The notes: a model not told the origin generated them from the sequence alone. Shown: positions 43,151 to 54,586, counted from the stretch's first letter. The stretch: 64,000 bases of DNA from an uncultured delta proteobacterium (GCA_963804955.1 CAWDSQ010000026.1:1-64000); one strand, 5' to 3'. Numbers and translations: made by a program.

Positions 43151-44467
43151 TCATGTCTTCTTACGGCTTTCCTTCTTTTTTTTCTGTACATACTCCATCC
43201 GCTCCTTGATGATCTTTTCATAGCCACGGTCACTCGGATAGTAAAACTTTCTGCCCTGCAGCTCTTCCGGCAGACAGTCCATATCAACAATGCCGTCGGC
43301 ATAATCATGGGCGTATTTATAGCCCTTGCCGTAATCAAGGCTCTTCATGAGCGAGGTCGGGGCATTCCGGATATGCAGCGGCACGGGCAAAGCGCCTGAT
43401 TGCTCAACGGCCTGCGCGGCCCGGCTATAGGCAGTATACAGAGCATTGCTTTTGGGCGCTGTGGCCATATAGATGGTTGCCTGGGCAAGGGCCAGCTTTC
43501 CTTCAGGAAGGCCGATAAAATGAAATGCTTCTTTTGCTTCAAGGGCTATCTGCAGGGCCTTGGGGTCGGCATTGCCGATATCTTCACTGGCAAAGCGCAC
43601 AAGCCGCCGGGCGATATACAGGGGATCCTCGCCTGCCTCAAGCATGCGCGCGAGCCAGTACAGCGATGCATCGGCATCGCTGTTGCGCATGCTTTTGTGC
43701 AAGGCGGAAATGATATTATAGTGCTCTTCGCCCGCCTTGTCATACATCAGCATCTTTTTCTGAAGGGCTTCTTCAACAATATCGCGTGTCAGCTCGCGTG
43801 ATTCCGTTGTATCCGGGTGGGCTATGCCTGCCGCAATCTCAAGCGTATTGAGCGCCACGCGGGCATCGCCCTGAGAAAATGCAATAATATATTCAAGGAC
43901 CTCCCCGGAAGCATGCGCGTTAAGCTGCCCGAGCCCCCTTTCCTCATCGGCAAGCGCCCGCTGCAGTATTGTTTTCAGGTTTGCATCAGTCAGGGGCTTT
44001 AACACCAGCACCTTTGTGCGGGACAAAAGCGGTGAGATCACCTCAAAGGAGGGGTTCTCGGTTGTTGCGCCGAAAAAGACGATATCACCGCGCTCCACAT
44101 GCGGCAGAAAGGCATCCTGCTGCGCCTTGTTGAACCGGTGAATCTCATCGACAAACAGAATCGTGCGGCGGCCATGGGCTTTTTTATTGAGAATTGCCTG
44201 AGAGACAATCTCCCGTACTTCCTTGATGCTTGAAGTGACAGCGCTTAAGGGCATAAAAAGCGACTGCGAGGCATTGGCGATGATATGCGCAAGCGTTGTT
44301 TTGCCTGTGCCGGGAGGGCCCCAGAGGATGATGGAGTACAGCTCTGCGCCTTCCATCATCCGGCGCAGCAGCTTGTTTTTTCCAAGCAAATGCTCCTGCC
44401 CGACATATTCTTCAAGCCGGCCGGGCCGCATGCGCTCTGAAAGCGGTATATTTAAATCAACCACCAC
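43151..44467 (-). CDS. rarA: Replication-associated recombination protein A
   Basis: PL.ERMRP, WGPPGTGKTT, DEIHRFNKAQQD, ATTENP and ASEDIGNADP motifs. Confidence 0.96.
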   Translation of the reverse strand: MVVDLNIPLSERMRPGRLEEYVGQEHLLGKNKLLRRMMEGAELYSIILWGPPGTGKTTLAHIIANASQSLFMPLSAVTSSIKEVREIVSQAILNKKAHGRRTILFVDEIHRFNKAQQDAFLPHVERGDIVFFGATTENPSFEVISPLLSRTKVLVLKPLTDANLKTILQRALADEERGLGQLNAHASGEVLEYIIAFSQGDARVALNTLEIAAGIAHPDTTESRELTRDIVEEALQKKMLMYDKAGEEHYNIISALHKSMRNSDADASLYWLARMLEAGEDPLYIARRLVRFASEDIGNADPKALQIALEAKEAFHFIGLPEGKLALAQATIYMATAPKSNALYTAYSRAAQAVEQSGALPVPLHIRNAPTSLMKSLDYGKGYKYAHDYADGIVDMDCLPEELQGRKFYYPSDRGYEKIIKERMEYVQKKKKESRKKT

Positions 44468-44554
44468 GTGCTTTCCGCAATACGGTTGCGATTTTACCTG
44501 TAAACAGGTATTTACTTATTAGCAGGTTGAACCATCAAGCGCAAGCTCTTCAAC

Positions 44555-44668
44555 AGAAGTCAGGAGTCAGAAGTCAGAAGTCAGAAGTCAGAAAATCAAA
44601 AAGCTTAGTTCTAATTGTAAATCAAGAAGTTTTTTTATTCTGGATTCTGGATGCTGAATTCTGGCTTC
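44555..44668. repeat. Heptamer-repeat-flanked element
   Basis: (AGAAGTC)5-like tract ... TTCTGGATTCTGGATGCTGAATTCTGGCTTCT. Confidence 0.7.
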
Positions 44669-44690
44669 TATATGTAAGGAATTGAACAAC

Positions 44691-45318
44691 ATGCTTCTCT
44701 ATCTTCTGCAGGGACTTAACTCTTGGCCTGTCGGCAGCGGCCACACCGGGACCGTTTCAGGCCTTTCTGCTCAGCCAGAGCGCCCGTATCGGCTGGCGCC
44801 GCACGCCTGCCTGCTGCATTCTCTCCTCTGATAACCGACGGGCCTATTATTGTGCTCATGGTGCTCGTCCTCACAAGCATGCCGGGCTGGCTTCTTGAAG
44901 CCTTCGACTTGCAGGCGGGCTTTTTCTGCTCTATCTTGCACGAACAGCTTTTATGACGGCACGGCAAAAGCCTGATTTGAGCCATCTATCTGCACGAACC
45001 GGCTGCAAACAGCATTCTTCAGGCTGCTCCTAAATCTCTTAAACCCCAACCCCTATATTTTCTGGAGCCTTGTGGGCGGGCCCGTGCTCCTTGAGTGCTG
45101 GCACAAGGGCCTGCCGTATTGCCTTGCCTTTCTGGGAGGCATGTACGGCAGCGCTGATCGGCGGCTGCGCCTGCCTCGTCATTCTCTTTGCAACAGCCGC
45201 ACGCCTGGAAGCATCGGTCAACCGGGCCCTGCTCGCACTATCGGCTGCGGCCCTTGCCCTGTTCGGCTGCTATCAGCTCTTTGCCGCTCTCAGCACAATT
45301 ATTCGCCATTTCTCATAA
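44691..45318 (+). CDS. LysE family translocator (heavily frameshifted)
   Basis: GL.AAATPGPFQAFLL, SPLITDGPI and LNPNPYIFW motifs in different frames. Confidence 0.75.
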
Positions 45319-45385
45319 AACAATAGGTATCCGGCTGGCTCTTGGGCTATAATACGCCCCTCATTAACCCATAGCGAAAAATCCT

Positions 45386-47896
45386 ATGAAAAACGATCTG
45401 GAACAGCTATTGCCCTTTGTCAGCAAAGCAAGCCGGTATCTGGGCAATGAAATAAACGCCGTCAAAAAAGACCCCGAAACGGTCGATCTGACCTTTGCCT
45501 TTGCCTTCCCCGATGTGTATGAGGTCGGCATGTCGCACCTGGGGCTGCAGATACTCTACCATGTGCTCAACAGCATGCCGGGCATTGCCTGCGAGCGGGC
45601 CTTTGCGCCATGGCCCGACGATATGGAAGCTGAAATGAAGGCTGCGGGGCTGCCCCTTGCAACCCTTGAATCGGGCATACCGCTGCGGCAGTGCGACATT
45701 GTGGGCTTTTCCCTTGAATACGAGCTCTGCTATGCCACGGTGCTGCGCATGCTGGACCTGTCCGGCATACCGCTCAAAGCCGCCGCGCGGGACAGCTCCT
45801 GGCCCCTTGTCATTGCAGGCGGGCCGAGCACCTGCAATCCCGAGCCGGTGGCCGATTTCTTCGATGCCTTTGTAATCGGAGAGGGGGAAGAGGTGCTGCC
45901 TGAACTGTGCCGGGCATATCTGAAATGGAAGAAGTCGGGCGGCGATAAAACAGCCCTTCTTGAAGCGCTGGCCGGTATTGCCGGCATCTATGTGCCATCG
46001 TTTTTCTCCATCTCCTATAATGATGATGCAACCATAGGGCGGATTACCCCCCTGAAAAAGGGCTACGATCATGTTGACAAGCGCATCATCACCGATTTCA
46101 GCCATGCGCCCTGGTGCTCGAAGCCGATTGTGCCCTATATGCAGGTCATCCATGACCGCGCGGGCATAGAAATAGCCCGCGGCTGCACCCGGGGCTGCAG
46201 GTTTTGCATGGCGGGCATGATCTACCGGCCGGTGCGCGAAAAAAGCGTCGACCGCCTCTGCGAACTCAGCCGCGAAACCCTTGCCGGCAGCGGCTATGAG
46301 GAGCTGGGGCTTCTGTCTCTCAGCTCCGGCGACTACAGCGGCATACAGCCCCTGCTGGGCGCGCTGATACGGGAGCACCGCAGCAAAAAAATCGCCATGT
46401 CGCTGCCGTCGCTGCGGGTCGAGTCGCTCACGGCCGAGCTGATTGAAGAAATCAAGCAGATCCGAAAAACCGGTTTCACCATAGCCCCCGAGGCAGGCAC
46501 GCAGCGCCTGCGCGACGCCATCAATAAGGGTTTTACGGATAATGATATACTCTCAACGGCCACACGTATATTTGCCGCCGGGTGGAACCTCGTGAAGCTC
46601 TACTTTATGATTGGGCTGCCCACAGAGACAACTGAAGACATTGACGGCATTGTGGAGCTGTGCCGCGCAATAGGCCGCCTTGACCGGCGCAAAAACCTGA
46701 ATGTCAGCATCTCCACATTTGTCCCCAAGCCCCATACGCCCTTCCAGTGGGACGCCTTTGAGCCTGCCGGCAGCATTCTTGACAAGCAGCATTATCTCAA
46801 AGACAGCCTGCGCAGCAGAACCGTCAAAGTAACCTATCACGATCACCGCCTGAGCCTTCTCGAAGCTGTTTTTTCACGCGGCGACCGTCGCCTTGCCGAC
46901 GTGCTTGTGCAGGCCCACAGCCTGGGTGCGGGCTATGATGCATGGAGCGAGCATTTCGACCATCTGCTCTGGGAGCAGGCATTCAAAAAAGCCGGCATCG
47001 ATACGGCATTCTACCTGAAAGAGCGCGCCACAGATGAACTGCTGCCATGGGATCATATCAGCTACGGCGTCACAAAGGCCTATCTTCTGAGCGAGCGTGA
47101 AAAGGCCCTCCGCGGAGAGACGACCCCCGACTGCCGCAGCGGCCAGTGCAGCGGCTGCGGCGTCTGCGACGGCGAAGCGGTGAAGCCTGAAATAAATCCT
47201 CCCGCACCAGAGATGCCGCCGCATGCGCTCCGTGACATGCACCCTGAGCCCGACCCTTTCCGCTACCGCCTTGCCTATACGAAAGAAGGCGCGGCCCGCT
47301 TCATAAGCCATCTTGAGTTCAGTTCAAGCTTTGCCCGCGCCCTGCGCCGGGCCGGCCTGCCGCTGCGGTATTCTCAGGGGTTTCATCCCCTGCCCCGCGT
47401 GACCTTTCACGAGGCGCTGCCCGTCGGCCTGGAGAGCAGCTACGCGCTGTGTGATATTGAGCTGACTGAGCCTGTGCCCGCAGGAGATATACTCCACAAG
47501 CTGAATCGTGAGCTGCCAGGCGGCATTACTATCCTCACGGTTGAAGAAAATGTTTTGAAAAGAGCCGCGCCCCCTGATACAATAAAAAAGTACCGGGTCA
47601 TGTTGCCTGAAAATCCCGGGCTGCACTTTCCCGGCACTGACCTGCTTGCCCGCAGCATTGCCGACTTTCACGCCCGCGGAAGCTGGGTGCTGCAGGTTGA
47701 GAAAAAAGACCGGGCCGTAGAGGTCGATCTGAAAAAAATCATCCTGGAAATTGCTCTTGATGCTGACGGAAAAATTCTCATGACCCTTGATGCCGCCGGT
47801 CACAGCATGCCGAAAATTTCAAATATTATGGCCGTTCTGTTCGGGCTTGGCAACAGGGAACAAAAATCACTGCTCATTACGAAAATAAAATCATGA
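45386..47896 (+). CDS. TIGR03960-type radical SAM protein fused to a radical SAM-linked (DUF2344) domain
   Basis: FPDVYEVGMSHLG, RGCTRGCRFC, TIAPEAG, and C-terminal FISHL...YSQGFHP.P. Confidence 0.92.
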   Translation: MKNDLEQLLPFVSKASRYLGNEINAVKKDPETVDLTFAFAFPDVYEVGMSHLGLQILYHVLNSMPGIACERAFAPWPDDMEAEMKAAGLPLATLESGIPLRQCDIVGFSLEYELCYATVLRMLDLSGIPLKAAARDSSWPLVIAGGPSTCNPEPVADFFDAFVIGEGEEVLPELCRAYLKWKKSGGDKTALLEALAGIAGIYVPSFFSISYNDDATIGRITPLKKGYDHVDKRIITDFSHAPWCSKPIVPYMQVIHDRAGIEIARGCTRGCRFCMAGMIYRPVREKSVDRLCELSRETLAGSGYEELGLLSLSSGDYSGIQPLLGALIREHRSKKIAMSLPSLRVESLTAELIEEIKQIRKTGFTIAPEAGTQRLRDAINKGFTDNDILSTATRIFAAGWNLVKLYFMIGLPTETTEDIDGIVELCRAIGRLDRRKNLNVSISTFVPKPHTPFQWDAFEPAGSILDKQHYLKDSLRSRTVKVTYHDHRLSLLEAVFSRGDRRLADVLVQAHSLGAGYDAWSEHFDHLLWEQAFKKAGIDTAFYLKERATDELLPWDHISYGVTKAYLLSEREKALRGETTPDCRSGQCSGCGVCDGEAVKPEINPPAPEMPPHALRDMHPEPDPFRYRLAYTKEGAARFISHLEFSSSFARALRRAGLPLRYSQGFHPLPRVTFHEALPVGLESSYALCDIELTEPVPAGDILHKLNRELPGGITILTVEENVLKRAAPPDTIKKYRVMLPENPGLHFPGTDLLARSIADFHARGSWVLQVEKKDRAVEVDLKKIILEIALDADGKILMTLDAAGHSMPKISNIMAVLFGLGNREQKSLLITKIKS

Positions 47897-49416
47897 CAGC
47901 AGAGCTCATCGTCAATGTAACCTCATCCGAAACGCGCGTCGCTCTTCTGGAGAACGGCATGCTGGCCGAGCTGCATATCGAGCGCGAATCAGACAAAGGC
48001 ATAGCAGGCAATATCTATAAAGGCCGCGTGCAAAGAGTGCTGCCCGGCATGCAGGCCGCCTTTGTCGAAATCGGCCTTGCCCGTTCGGCTTTTCTCTATG
48101 TCGATGATGTGTATACGGACAACAAGGACTTCGAATCCATGTTTACCGTATTCAAGGATGAGCAGGAGGAGGTAGAGGTCGGCGAAGGCCCCGGCGTCCG
48201 TGAACATGCACCTTCCCCGCCCATCGAGGACATGCTGTCGGACGGCCGCGAGATCATGGTTCAGGTCATTAAAGAGCCCCTCGGCACCAAAGGCGCACGC
48301 ATTTCGTCATATATATCCCTGCCGGGGCGCTATCTGGTCTATCTGCCGACCATTGCCCATATCAGCATCTCACGCCGCATAACCGATGAAACCGAGCGCA
48401 GCCGTCTGAAGGAAATCGTGCAGCGCATCAAACCGCCAGGCAGCGGCTTTATCATCCGCACGGCAAGCGAGGACGCAACGGAGGAGGAGCTGGCCTCGGA
48501 TATGGACTTTCTCATCAAGCTCTGGGCCAATATTCAGATCCGCATGAAAACAGCGCCGACGCCGACGATGCTGCACGAAGACCTGAGCATCGCCCTGCGC
48601 GCCATACGGGATCTCTACAGCAAAAACGTGAAAAAACTCGTTGTCGACTGCCCGGAAACCTATGCCGGCATCATCCGCTTCATCGAAACCTTCATGCCGC
48701 AGCTGAAATATTCCGTTGAGCTCTATGAGGGCGACAAACCTGTTTTCGATAATTACGGCTTTGAAGTGGAAATCAGCAGGGCTCTGGGCAGAAACATCTG
48801 GCTCAAATCCGGGGGCTATATTGTAATCGAAGACACAGAGGCCCTGGTTGCCATCGATGTCAATACCGGCAGGTATGTCGGTAAAGGCAACCAGAACGAT
48901 ACAATCGTGAAAACCAACCTTGAGGCAGTCAAGGAAATCGCCTACCAGATTCGCCTGCGCAACCTCGGCGGCATCATCATCATCGATTTTATCGACATGG
49001 AGCGCAAAGCGGATCGCGAAGCGGTTCTAAACGCGCTGCAGGAAGCGCTCAAAAAGGACCGCGCAAAAACCAATGTGGCAAACATATCGGAGCTTGGGCT
49101 TGTGCAGATGACGCGCAAGCGGGTGCGGGAAAATCTGAGCGGCCATCTCTGCGACCCGTGCCCGTACTGCGAAGGCAGGGGCCGCATCAGGGGCATCCCG
49201 GCCATAGCCTATGAAATTTTGCGCACTATCAGGAAGGAAGTGCGCACGCCGCTCATACAGACAATCACGGCAGCCGTGCACCCCGATATTGCAGCATTCC
49301 TCTACGATGAAGAACGATCGGCAATCGAAGACCTTGAAAAAAAGCAGAAGAAAAAAATCATCATAAAAGCCGACCCCGCCTACCACCACGAAAAATACAC
49401 CATACAGTCCGCCTGA
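47893..49416 (+). CDS. rng: Ribonuclease G/E family
   Basis: GNIYKGRVQRVLPGMQAAFV, IDVNTG, RLRNLGGIIIIDFIDM and CPYCEG motifs. Confidence 0.95.
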   Translation: MTAELIVNVTSSETRVALLENGMLAELHIERESDKGIAGNIYKGRVQRVLPGMQAAFVEIGLARSAFLYVDDVYTDNKDFESMFTVFKDEQEEVEVGEGPGVREHAPSPPIEDMLSDGREIMVQVIKEPLGTKGARISSYISLPGRYLVYLPTIAHISISRRITDETERSRLKEIVQRIKPPGSGFIIRTASEDATEEELASDMDFLIKLWANIQIRMKTAPTPTMLHEDLSIALRAIRDLYSKNVKKLVVDCPETYAGIIRFIETFMPQLKYSVELYEGDKPVFDNYGFEVEISRALGRNIWLKSGGYIVIEDTEALVAIDVNTGRYVGKGNQNDTIVKTNLEAVKEIAYQIRLRNLGGIIIIDFIDMERKADREAVLNALQEALKKDRAKTNVANISELGLVQMTRKRVRENLSGHLCDPCPYCEGRGRIRGIPAIAYEILRTIRKEVRTPLIQTITAAVHPDIAAFLYDEERSAIEDLEKKQKKKIIIKADPAYHHEKYTIQSA

Positions 49417-49591
49417 TACGGCCTGTTTCACGCGCACGGCCAGCTGAAAGCACTGTTGCCGGAAACCCCGGCAGGGCAGCTCCAGCGATGCTGCCGGGGC
49501 AGGCGCTTCATGCCTGAGTCAGAACATGTTTGGACAGAGATGCATAAATTTAGTATACAGGTCGGTATGATTACTTATTTTTTGATTCTTA

Positions 49592-49728
49592 GAGTGTTTT
49601 TTAAAATCCCAAACTGCCACCCTGAGTGATACGAAAGGTTTCAAGCCATACTGAAACGGCGAAATTCTTTCCGCCGCGGCGGACGCATACTGACAACTAT
49701 ATTGTTTTTTGACGTATAAAAAACGCTC
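49592..49728. mobile_element. Degenerate MITE (137 bp) with TTA target duplication
   Basis: TTA-GAGTGTTTTTTA ... TAAAAAACGCTC-TTA. Confidence 0.65.
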
Positions 49729-49749
49729 TTACCTGCTGGAGCTTTAACC

Positions 49750-50741
49750 ATGTCACCTGACACAAGACAGTATGTACAGGCCGTGCTTGCGCGCAACCGG
49801 CGCATGGTGGCAAAAGCCATCACGCTGATCGAAAGCTCATTGCCCGAGCACCAGGAGCAGGCGCGCGGCATTCTCAACGAACTGCTGCCCCATACCGGCA
49901 CTGCCATACGGGTCGGCATCACGGGTGTGCCCGGCGCGGGCAAAAGCACCTTCATAGAAAGCCTGGGAATACACCTGCTGGAAAAGGGCCATAGGGTAGC
50001 GGTGCTGGCCGTTGACCCCAGCAGCAAGCGCAGCGGCGGCAGTCGTGCTTGCCGATAAAACCCGCATGGAAAAGCTTGCAGCGCGCACGGAGGCATTCAT
50101 CCGGCCTTCACCTTCCGGTGGAACGCTGGGAGGTGTGGCTCAAAAAACACGGGAAGCATCCCTCGTCTGCGAGGCTGCAGGTTTTGATATCATCATCATT
50201 GAAACCGTGGGTGTCGGCCAGTCGGAAACTGCCGTAGCATCCATGGTGGACTTTTTTCTCATGCTCATGATTGCCGGCGCGGGAGATGAACTGCAGGGAA
50301 TAAAAAAGGGGATTCTTGAACTGGTGGATGCACTTGTCATCAACAAGGCCGATGGCGACAATATCCCGAAGGTGCAGCGCGCGCAGCATGATTATGCCGC
50401 CGCCATGCATTTCCTGAGACCGGCAACTCCCACATGGACGCCCCCCGTGCTGACCTGCTCAGCCCTTGAAACCACAGGTATTGAAACGGTGTGGCAGACA
50501 GTTCTTGATCACCGGAGGCAGCTTTCCGAAACCGGTGAGCTGGAGGAAAGACGGCGAGGCCAGGCACTGGACTGGATGTGGATGCTGATTGAAGAAGGCT
50601 TGAAAGAAAAATTCCGCGCGAACCCGAAAATCAAAAAGCTGCTTCCCCGCATCATACGGGATATCGAAAAAGGCCTTGTATCGCCCAACGGAGGCGGCAG
50701 GAGAACTGCTCAAGCTGATGGATAATCAGTCAGCCGGGTAA
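49750..50741 (+). CDS. meaB: Methylmalonyl-CoA mutase-associated GTPase (frameshifted)
   Basis: [32 protein letters not shown] and [10 protein letters not shown] motifs. Confidence 0.92.
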
Positions 50742-50773
50742 ATCTCCCACGGTTCGCCACGATGCCCCCTGAT

Positions 50774-51568
50774 TCAGGCGCTCAACTGCATGGGCTGGCA
50801 CATATTCCTTGGAGCCGCAAGGCCCGACTGGTCCCGGAGCATGCCATAGATACGGTCGGCAAGAGCAAAAAGATTCACCGTGTCGCAGCGGTTATAGCTG
50901 ATCAGCAGATCAAGGGCTGCGGCATCGCCTTTTTTTGCGGTTTTCCAGAGCTTGATGGCATCATAGCCGTTCAATCCCTGAACAGAATCCTCTCGCGGTA
51001 TACCAAACTGGTCTTCAAGCTTTTTAAGCCCCCCTTTGAGCCCTGCCCGCTTGCCGGCAAAAGAAAGATCAAAATGCGGCATGGTAAACCTGACTCCCAG
51101 CGTTTGATTCAGAAACGGAATATCAAAGCCGGAGCCGAAAAATGTTATGAGATATTTGTAGCGGGACAGCTCATGCTCGAGACTTTCTTTGGTTAAATCC
51201 CGGCCTTTCACTAAAGAGGTATACTGAAAGCCGTCATAGAGCCCGACCACTGTGGGATAGCCTCCTGCGGCCGGCGTGTACCCGTTTGACTCAATGTCCA
51301 GAGCTACGGCGAACTTGCGAAAATCAGGGAACAGCCGCCAGTGCTCCTTGCCGCGCAGAGCTTTTGCAAAAAACTGCTCATCCTCCAGGTCAAGATGAGC
51401 CGCTGCCTGATGCACGCGCTCATCATAAAACCGTTTTCTTTCAAGCCCTAAAAACACTATTTCATCAGCCGCCAGAAAATCCTCCCAGCAGCGTATGCCG
51501 TTTTCCCAAAGCCTGCGCTCGAGCTTTTCGCCGATTCCCTGAAATATGCTGAAACTGTTTCGTATCAT
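50774..51568 (-). CDS. YprB-like RNase H-fold exonuclease
   Basis: GIGEK.E..LW..GI..W, LDIE, TFFG..FDIPF, GGLK.LE and YN..D motifs. Confidence 0.85.
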   Translation of the reverse strand: MIRNSFSIFQGIGEKLERRLWENGIRCWEDFLAADEIVFLGLERKRFYDERVHQAAAHLDLEDEQFFAKALRGKEHWRLFPDFRKFAVALDIESNGYTPAAGGYPTVVGLYDGFQYTSLVKGRDLTKESLEHELSRYKYLITFFGSGFDIPFLNQTLGVRFTMPHFDLSFAGKRAGLKGGLKKLEDQFGIPREDSVQGLNGYDAIKLWKTAKKGDAAALDLLISYNRCDTVNLFALADRIYGMLRDQSGLAAPRNMCQPMQLSA

Positions 51569-51942
51569 GAAGGCATAACCTCTTTCTTGTACTGACTCTA
51601 CAGAAGCCGACCGGATGTGTCAAGCTCATAGAGCCCTGGATCAGCAGATAGGCACTCCTCACATAAGGAATTTGACCCTTTCATGCAAAAATGATATAGA
51701 GTTTACAACATGTTAAAACCTGACGATGTGCAAAGCACTGAAGCCCATCATGCACGTCAGAGCCGGCGGAGTCTCAGGAAACTTCTCAGGCGTTTTAAAT
51801 CTCACGCACTGCTGCCATCTGCAAAATTTTGATTAAATATTTCGGATTGCAAGCACCCCTTCTGGAAACGGTATGTACAACCATCTGAACATCCTCGTTC
51901 AGCAAACTGACCTGAAAACACCAACAAGGAAACGGACTGGCT

Positions 51943-52924
51943 ATGAGCAAAAAACGGATTTTAAGCGGCATTCAACCAACAGGAATAGCTCATATAGGCA
52001 ATTATGTGGGCGCCATCAAGAACTGGGTGGCCCTCACCGAGCGCTACGACTGCATATTTTTCATCGCAGACCTTCATGCCATGACCATTGAATATGAGCC
52101 TGCGGCATATCTCCAGGGCATCATCAATACGGCACGCACCCTCATCGCCTGCGGTCTTACGCCCGAGCGGTGCACGCTTTTTGTCCAGTCACAGGTGCCG
52201 GGGCATACCGATCTTGCCTGGATATTCAACTGCCTGACCCCCCTTGGCGATCTTGAGCGCATGACGCAGTTCAAGGACAAGTCAGACCAGCACCGCGAAA
52301 ACATTAATGCGGGGCTGCTCACCTACCCCATTCTGCAGGCTGCCGATATCCTGCTGTACAAAGCCGAGGTTGTGCCGGTTGGCGAAGACCAGGTTCAGCA
52401 TATTGAGCTGACGCGCCGCACGGCCCGCAGGTTCAACAACCGCTTCGGCGAAACGTTTCCCGAGCCCATGTGGGAGCTGTCGGTCACGCCGCGCATACTG
52501 GGCACTGACGGGCAGGCCAAAATGTCCAAATCTCTTAACAACTATATAGGCATTCTCGAACCGGCAGAGACGATATGGGAAAAGCTGCGCACCGCTGCAA
52601 CCGACCCGCAGCGCATACGAAGAAAGGACCCGGGAGACCCGGATCTGTGCAATCTGTTCACCATGCATAAGTCGTTTACTCCGCCGGAACTCCTGCCGCA
52701 GATAGCCACGGCAATGCAAAGGAGCGGAGATCGGCTGCATTGAGTGTAAAAAAATACTCTACGAAAACATACTGAAGGAACTCGGCCCCATTCAGGAGCG
52801 CGCCGCAGCCCTTGAAAACAAGCCCGGCGACGTGCTTGCCATTTTGGAAACCGGGGCAGAGCGGTGTAAAAAGATAGCCTCGCAGGTCATGGACGAAGTA
52901 CGCAGCAAAGCAGGAATCCGCTAA
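51943..52924 (+). CDS. trpS: Tryptophan--tRNA ligase (frameshift near C-terminus)
   Basis: SGIQPTG..HIGNY, RMTQFKDK, YPILQAADIL, VGEDQ and KMSKS motifs. Confidence 0.96.
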
Positions 52925-52980
52925 ATTTCGGATTGCCGACAACCCTAAAGAATTTTTTACTATAGACGGTTTAACTATTC

Positions 52981-53094
52981 TGTCATCTCGACCGCAGGGA
53001 GAGATCTTAGGCTCAATTACAACCAAGGTGTTCAGATTGATGCGCAATCGCGCAACCTGCGGACTCATCCGCCTTCGGCGGATTCGAAATGACA
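52981..53094. repeat. TGTCAT-ended REP-like composite palindrome
   Basis: TGTCATCTCGACCGCAGGGAGAGATCT ... GATTCGAAATGACA is a reverse-oriented relative of the cores at 34661-34749 and 34850-34929. Confidence 0.7.
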
Positions 53095-53153
53095 ATGGGG
53101 TCCACCATTTAAAAAAATGCTCTAAAATCGGAAATCAGCATGCGAGTGCGGCC

Positions 53154-54515
53154 ATGAGCATTCTTAATGTGTTTAAAAAGAAAAAAGGAGCCTATGCCCG
53201 CGCTGCCGTCATAGGCCTTGACGGCGTTCCGTACCGCATGATCAGCAGCCTGGCGGCACAGGGCGTCATGCCCGTCATGGCAAAACTTCTGGAGGATGGG
53301 TATTGCTGCAAAATGGATTCATCCATGCCACCGGTATCGTCTGTGGCCTGGACCACCTTCATGACCGGCGTGAATCCCGCAAAGCACGGCATATTCGGAT
53401 TCATGGACAGGCGGCGAGAATCCTCTGGCATTTACTTCCCCAATGCCACGCAGATAAAATCACCCGCGCTCTGGGATATACTGACCGGGGCGGGAAAAAC
53501 CACCGTGGCGGTCAATATCCCGCAGACCTATCCGGCGCGCGAAATAAATGGCGTCATGATATCCGGTTTTGTCGCCATTGATCTTGAAAAGGCGGTCTAT
53601 CCACACAAGCTGGTGGAGGCCCTGAAGGCCATGGATTACCGGATAGATGTTGATTACCAGAACGCCGATGAGCGAAAAGAGGCTTTTTTCAAAGACCTGT
53701 TTTACACGCTTAAAAAACGCAGGGAAACATTTCTGTATCTGCTGGATAAAGTTCCGTGGGACCTCTTTATCGGGATTTTTACCGGCACGGACCGGCTCCA
53801 GCATTATTTCTGGGATGATTATGAAAACGCTGATTCCTCCTGGCACCAGACTATCCTCGACTACTACCGCGCGATCGATACGGTCATCGGCGAAATGACT
53901 GAAAAAATGCGCGGCGACACGGCGCTGATGATGCTTTCAGACCATGGATTCGCCCACCTTGAAAAGGAGGTCTTCATCAACACCTGGCTCAGGAAGCAGG
54001 GGTATCTGCAGCTGAAAAACGATTCGCCCAGATCATTTGAAGATATTGATGTAGAGGCAACCAAAGCATTTGCTCTTGATCCGGCCCGCATTTATATAAA
54101 TATCAAAGGCGTCATGCCGCACGGTATTGTCAGCCCCGGCCTTGAATACGAACAGCTCGTCAAGGAACTCACCGACGGGCTGCTTGCGCTTCGCGATGAG
54201 GAAACCGGCAAGCCCCTGATTACCCGCGTTTTCCGAAAAGAAGAACTCTACACAGGCCCGTTTATTAATAAGGCGCCCGATCTCGTACTCTGGAGCGCGC
54301 CAGGCTATGACCTGAAGGGCGCTGTTTCAAAAGACAATCTGCTCGGCAAAGGCAGGTTCACCGGCATGCACACCCAGGAGGACGCTTTTTTCTATTTAAA
54401 AGGGCTCGCGCCACTGAAGGTAAAACCCCACATTCAGGATATTGCCCCCACGCTTCTCAAAATCCTTGGCATACCCGTGCTCCCCGATATGGACGGCAGG
54501 CCTCTGGTTAGATGA
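53154..54515 (+). CDS. Alkaline phosphatase superfamily / nucleotide pyrophosphatase-phosphodiesterase
   Basis: IGLDG, PPVSSVAWTTFMTG.NP.KHG, DRLQH, SDHGF and GMH motifs. Confidence 0.9.
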   Translation: MSILNVFKKKKGAYARAAVIGLDGVPYRMISSLAAQGVMPVMAKLLEDGYCCKMDSSMPPVSSVAWTTFMTGVNPAKHGIFGFMDRRRESSGIYFPNATQIKSPALWDILTGAGKTTVAVNIPQTYPAREINGVMISGFVAIDLEKAVYPHKLVEALKAMDYRIDVDYQNADERKEAFFKDLFYTLKKRRETFLYLLDKVPWDLFIGIFTGTDRLQHYFWDDYENADSSWHQTILDYYRAIDTVIGEMTEKMRGDTALMMLSDHGFAHLEKEVFINTWLRKQGYLQLKNDSPRSFEDIDVEATKAFALDPARIYINIKGVMPHGIVSPGLEYEQLVKELTDGLLALRDEETGKPLITRVFRKEELYTGPFINKAPDLVLWSAPGYDLKGAVSKDNLLGKGRFTGMHTQEDAFFYLKGLAPLKVKPHIQDIAPTLLKILGIPVLPDMDGRPLVR

Positions 54516-54522
54516 TTCCCAT

Positions 54523-54563
54523 AAAAAAAGAGCCCTGCGCCATCGGCGCCAGGGCTCTTTTTT
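54523..54563. terminator. Bidirectional terminator
   Basis: AAAAAAAGAGCCCTG...CAGGGCTCTTTTTT. Confidence 0.85.
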
Positions 54564-54586
54564 CCTAACATTCATCTACCGAGCCA

